A stretch of 64,000 bases of DNA from contig CAVZSQ010000022.1 of assembly GCA_963777955.1 (NCBI GenBank), positions 800,001 to 864,000 on the forward strand. Direction: 5' to 3'. The notes under the pieces are model-generated. The model saw only the letters and a list, made by a program, of their open reading frames with translations. It made no database searches and was not told where the DNA came from. The translations under genes were made by a program, and so were the position numbers. Of this stretch, positions 61,328-64,000 are shown in pieces (the first letter of the stretch is position 1; every line of letters begins with the position of its first letter). This DNA is from Calditrichia bacterium (GTDB taxonomy: Bacteria > Calditrichota > Calditrichia > JAJRVZ01).

Positions 61328-63646
61328 TTATTTGCGGGCAATTAAAATTAAAAAACAAAGAGAGATAAGGTTTAGTACCAGAAAAACCAGAACAGTATTG
61401 ATCAGTCCAAAGATCGGGATAAGCACGGCAGTAACGATGAGACCCCCTAACCATGCTCCGGCCAGGTCGGCACTGTACAATAAACCGCCGGTCTGGGCAA
61501 TTCGTGTATCGATGCCGAGAAAGATTTTATTAGCCAGCGGAAATTGAGCCCCTACCAGGAATCCGCAGCAGGTAGTAGCGGCTAAAATAAATAGCTTCAT
61601 TCCGGTGGTCGAAAACAGATTAGTAGACGAATATTTTAAACCGGTCAGGACCATTAGAATTAACAGCAGGTAGACCGTCAGTAGTACCAGCAAAATAATA
61701 AATTCCCTTAATTCATTCCCTATCTTATTCAGCCTGCCGGTAATCCAGATACTGCCTATGGTCAGACCGGTCATAAATGAGGTTACCAGCAGGCCGATCC
61801 ACAGGTAGATATAACCAAATAATGATTGAAAAAGTAACATGAAAACAACCGGGATACCGATGCCGATGAAGCCACTGGCGATGACCGGAATCACCACGAT
61901 ATTTTTCCAGGCTGTGCTCCGGCGGACCCGGCAGGATATCCATAACAACAGAATCAGTGCTGGGAAAATAACCAGTAACAAATTGAATAAACGGATATTG
62001 GGAATTTTCTGCATCCAGGCAACGAAACGCGGAGAGTGAATGGAATAATGATAGGCTAAACTGTAATAAAGAGCGATCGGGGCTAGATCAGTGTTGATCC
62101 GGATGCCCGCGGCGGTTAAAGCTGTTTGTTCCAGGAAGTCGGCCTGGCGCCGGGCGGAGAGTTTGTACTGCAGATAGACCGGCGTGATCATACGGGTCGT
62201 GATTTTTTGTTGTTTAAATTGCCCGGCCAGTTGATCGGGAGCCGCCGCCAGCATTGCGGAATCTTCGGTCGCCATGAAAAGATTTACTTCATCGGGTATA
62301 ACCAGCACGGAGCCGAAAATCTGCCGCACTGTCTGCAGCAAACAACTATTCAGGTTTATTAACTCCCGGTTCAGGTAAGTGGCGCTGCCGGGAAGTTGAA
62401 AGACCAGTAAACCTCCGGCCGACAGTTTTTTCCGGCATAATTTGAAAAAATCGGCGGTATAAAAACGATTAATTTCCAGATTAGCCGGATCGGGCAGATT
62501 CAGTAAAATAATATCATACTGTTCATCGACCTGCTGCAGGAAAAACCGGCCGTCGACGGTATGAATCTTCACTCGTGCATCATTTAGTTCCGGTTGATCG
62601 GCGGCAGGAATATATTCACGGATTGTTTCCAGCAGCAACGGATCCAGTTCAGCATAATCTATTTTCTGTACATCATGTTTTAAGAGTTCGTTGATGGTGC
62701 CCCCCAGGCCGCCCCCGATCAACAGCACTTTTTCAGCAGCAGTATAAAAAAGAAATGGCAAATGGGCAAAATCCTCGCTGGCGGCAATATCCGGAACAGG
62801 CAGGGTTACTGCCGGTATACCATTGGCGAGCAATATATACTGATCCATCTGCTTTAACAGTGTGACATTTCCGTATATGGAATTTCTATAACTTAATACT
62901 TCATATCCCGGCCACTGCCGGCGAATCGATTGCCGGTGCAAATAATCGTTCAGCGGAAGGAGCAGAGAACCGCAGGACAGCATCCCCGCCATCATTAAGA
63001 GCATGTTCTGATATTTATTAAGGCTGATCCGCTTATTTTTTTCCAGGCCGGGCGCTGCAGCCCATAAAATCATACAGGATAGCAGCGTGAGCAGTATGAG
63101 CAGAGTGGTTGATTGAAAAGAGTTAAAAAATCTAAGCGCCAGATATGTGACGGTTAATCCACCGATAATACTGCCTGCCGATTCGAGGATATACACTTTT
63201 CCGGCAACCGCATAATTCTTTTCCTGGCTAGCGGACAACAAGCGGCAGGCATAACTGAATAAGGCGCCGTTCAGGAGGCCAAATGGCAGCAACAGCAACA
63301 GAGAGAGAAGAAAAAGCATCAGCAGATTAACGCTTTCTCCCGGCAGTATTCCCAGTGTGGTTTTGATAATACGAATCAAAAAGATAATGAGCGGTAGTGA
63401 AAAACTCAGTAAAATCTGCAGAATTATAAATTTTGTGGTGATAGTGTTACTGCGTTCAACCCGGTAACTGGCAGTAAAACTGCCGATTGCCTCCAGCAGC
63501 AGCAGATTGGCCAGGAAGATGCCGATAGCCAGTTCATTGCCGCTGAAGGTGATCAGCAATTCACGGATCAGGATGACCTGGCCGACAATCGCAGTGAAGC
63601 CGGTCAGGAAAAGACTAAAAGCAGGTATGAGTTTTGCATGTTTCAT
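61328..63646 (-). CDS. Membrane-fused spermidine synthase-like protein (TM-SpeE-TM)
   Basis: TM 'GQVILIRE..F.GNEL', 'Y..ESAGS..GG'; SpeE core 'S.YGNV', 'LLIGGGLGG', 'YAELDP', 'DGR', 'NLPDP', 'NRFYT..FF'; C-terminal TM 'LYSADLAGA'. Confidence 0.85.
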   Translation of the reverse strand: MKHAKLIPAFSLFLTGFTAIVGQVILIRELLITFSGNELAIGIFLANLLLLEAIGSFTASYRVERSNTITTKFIILQILLSFSLPLIIFLIRIIKTTLGILPGESVNLLMLFLLSLLLLLPFGLLNGALFSYACRLLSASQEKNYAVAGKVYILESAGSIIGGLTVTYLALRFFNSFQSTTLLILLTLLSCMILWAAAPGLEKNKRISLNKYQNMLLMMAGMLSCGSLLLPLNDYLHRQSIRRQWPGYEVLSYRNSIYGNVTLLKQMDQYILLANGIPAVTLPVPDIAASEDFAHLPFLFYTAAEKVLLIGGGLGGTINELLKHDVQKIDYAELDPLLLETIREYIPAADQPELNDARVKIHTVDGRFFLQQVDEQYDIILLNLPDPANLEINRFYTADFFKLCRKKLSAGGLLVFQLPGSATYLNRELINLNSCLLQTVRQIFGSVLVIPDEVNLFMATEDSAMLAAAPDQLAGQFKQQKITTRMITPVYLQYKLSARRQADFLEQTALTAAGIRINTDLAPIALYYSLAYHYSIHSPRFVAWMQKIPNIRLFNLLLVIFPALILLLWISCRVRRSTAWKNIVVIPVIASGFIGIGIPVVFMLLFQSLFGYIYLWIGLLVTSFMTGLTIGSIWITGRLNKIGNELREFIILLVLLTVYLLLILMVLTGLKYSSTNLFSTTGMKLFILAATTCCGFLVGAQFPLANKIFLGIDTRIAQTGGLLYSADLAGAWLGGLIVTAVLIPIFGLINTVLVFLVLNLISLCFLILIARK

Positions 63647-63727
63647 CGGAAATGAAAAACAGATCTATTTAAAACAACTGAAAGTCTGAGTTAATCTACG
63701 CTGAGAATAAAATCTGCAGATTATATA

Positions 63728-64000
63728 TCATGGTATATCGGGATCAGGTACCTGGTTTAATACGGGTCTCTGGTCTGACAGGGCCTCGTCCTCAATGGCG
63801 GATTCGTCAATAAGATTCACCTGTTCGGTAGTGTTTTTTCTCAGTATTTCTTCAGCCAGAGCCAGATAGGCCAGGGAACCGGGTGCGCTGATATCCACCA
63901 TGGCTACGGCTTTTTTCTCAAAAGCAGCATAACCGATCGCGGCATTTTTGGGTATGATCGTCTGCATCACATTTTCACTGAAAAGTTGTCTGGCTTCCTG
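63728..64000 (-). CDS. ParA/Soj family ATPase, C-terminal part (5' end outside window)
   Basis: 'LFSENVMQTIIPKN...S.PGSLAYLALAEEIL' matches the ParA C-terminus. Confidence 0.75.
   Translation of the reverse strand, partial: QEARQLFSENVMQTIIPKNAAIGYAAFEKKAVAMVDISAPGSLAYLALAEEILRKNTTEQVNLIDESAIEDEALSDQRPVLNQVPDPDIP

Noticed and set aside
1..64000. Prophage, anti-phage defence, retron/DGR or toxin-antitoxin systems
   Set aside because: No reverse transcriptase, defence nuclease/ATPase pair, phage structural gene or TA-like pair was recognised among the ORFs.

Overview
This is a bacterial chromosomal window. FlgD-Ig/T9SS-type C-terminal domains, a tricorn protease, a fused FTCD and a TIGR03545/6 pair suggest a diderm FCB-associated lineage such as Calditrichota/KSB1 (inference). 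In order it holds: an Omp85-like gene end with two paralogous membrane proteins; rsmB; the ffh-rpsP-khpA-rimM-trmD-rplS cluster; an Ig-lipoprotein/dapF/TPR/manC/PilZ run; two secreted hydrolases; tricorn plus two divergent PLP enzymes; yrdC-DUF72-DUF1848; ftcd; an ECF sigma/anti-sigma pair; an ArsR-led arsenic operon; a NikR-led TonB-dependent/ECF uptake operon; an SDR-fusion/sensor kinase/receiver module; a two-subunit RND system; an outer-membrane barrel; TIGR03545/6; an MFS transporter; DUF1761; a spermidine-synthase-like membrane fusion; and the end of a ParA-family gene. At least 11 genes, including essential ffh, are broken by 1-nt indels, most likely uncorrected long-read errors. No rRNA, tRNA, CRISPR array, transposase or phage gene was recognised. 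The best leads are two candidate ncRNAs (after rplS and upstream of yrdC), a C2H2 zinc finger inserted in FTCD, an SDR-globin-like fusion linked to a kinase, a NikR-operator-controlled TBDT/ECF/methyltransferase locus with no ATPase, and an anti-sigma ending in a TonB-C-like domain. All calls come from reading motifs by eye; no database search was run.
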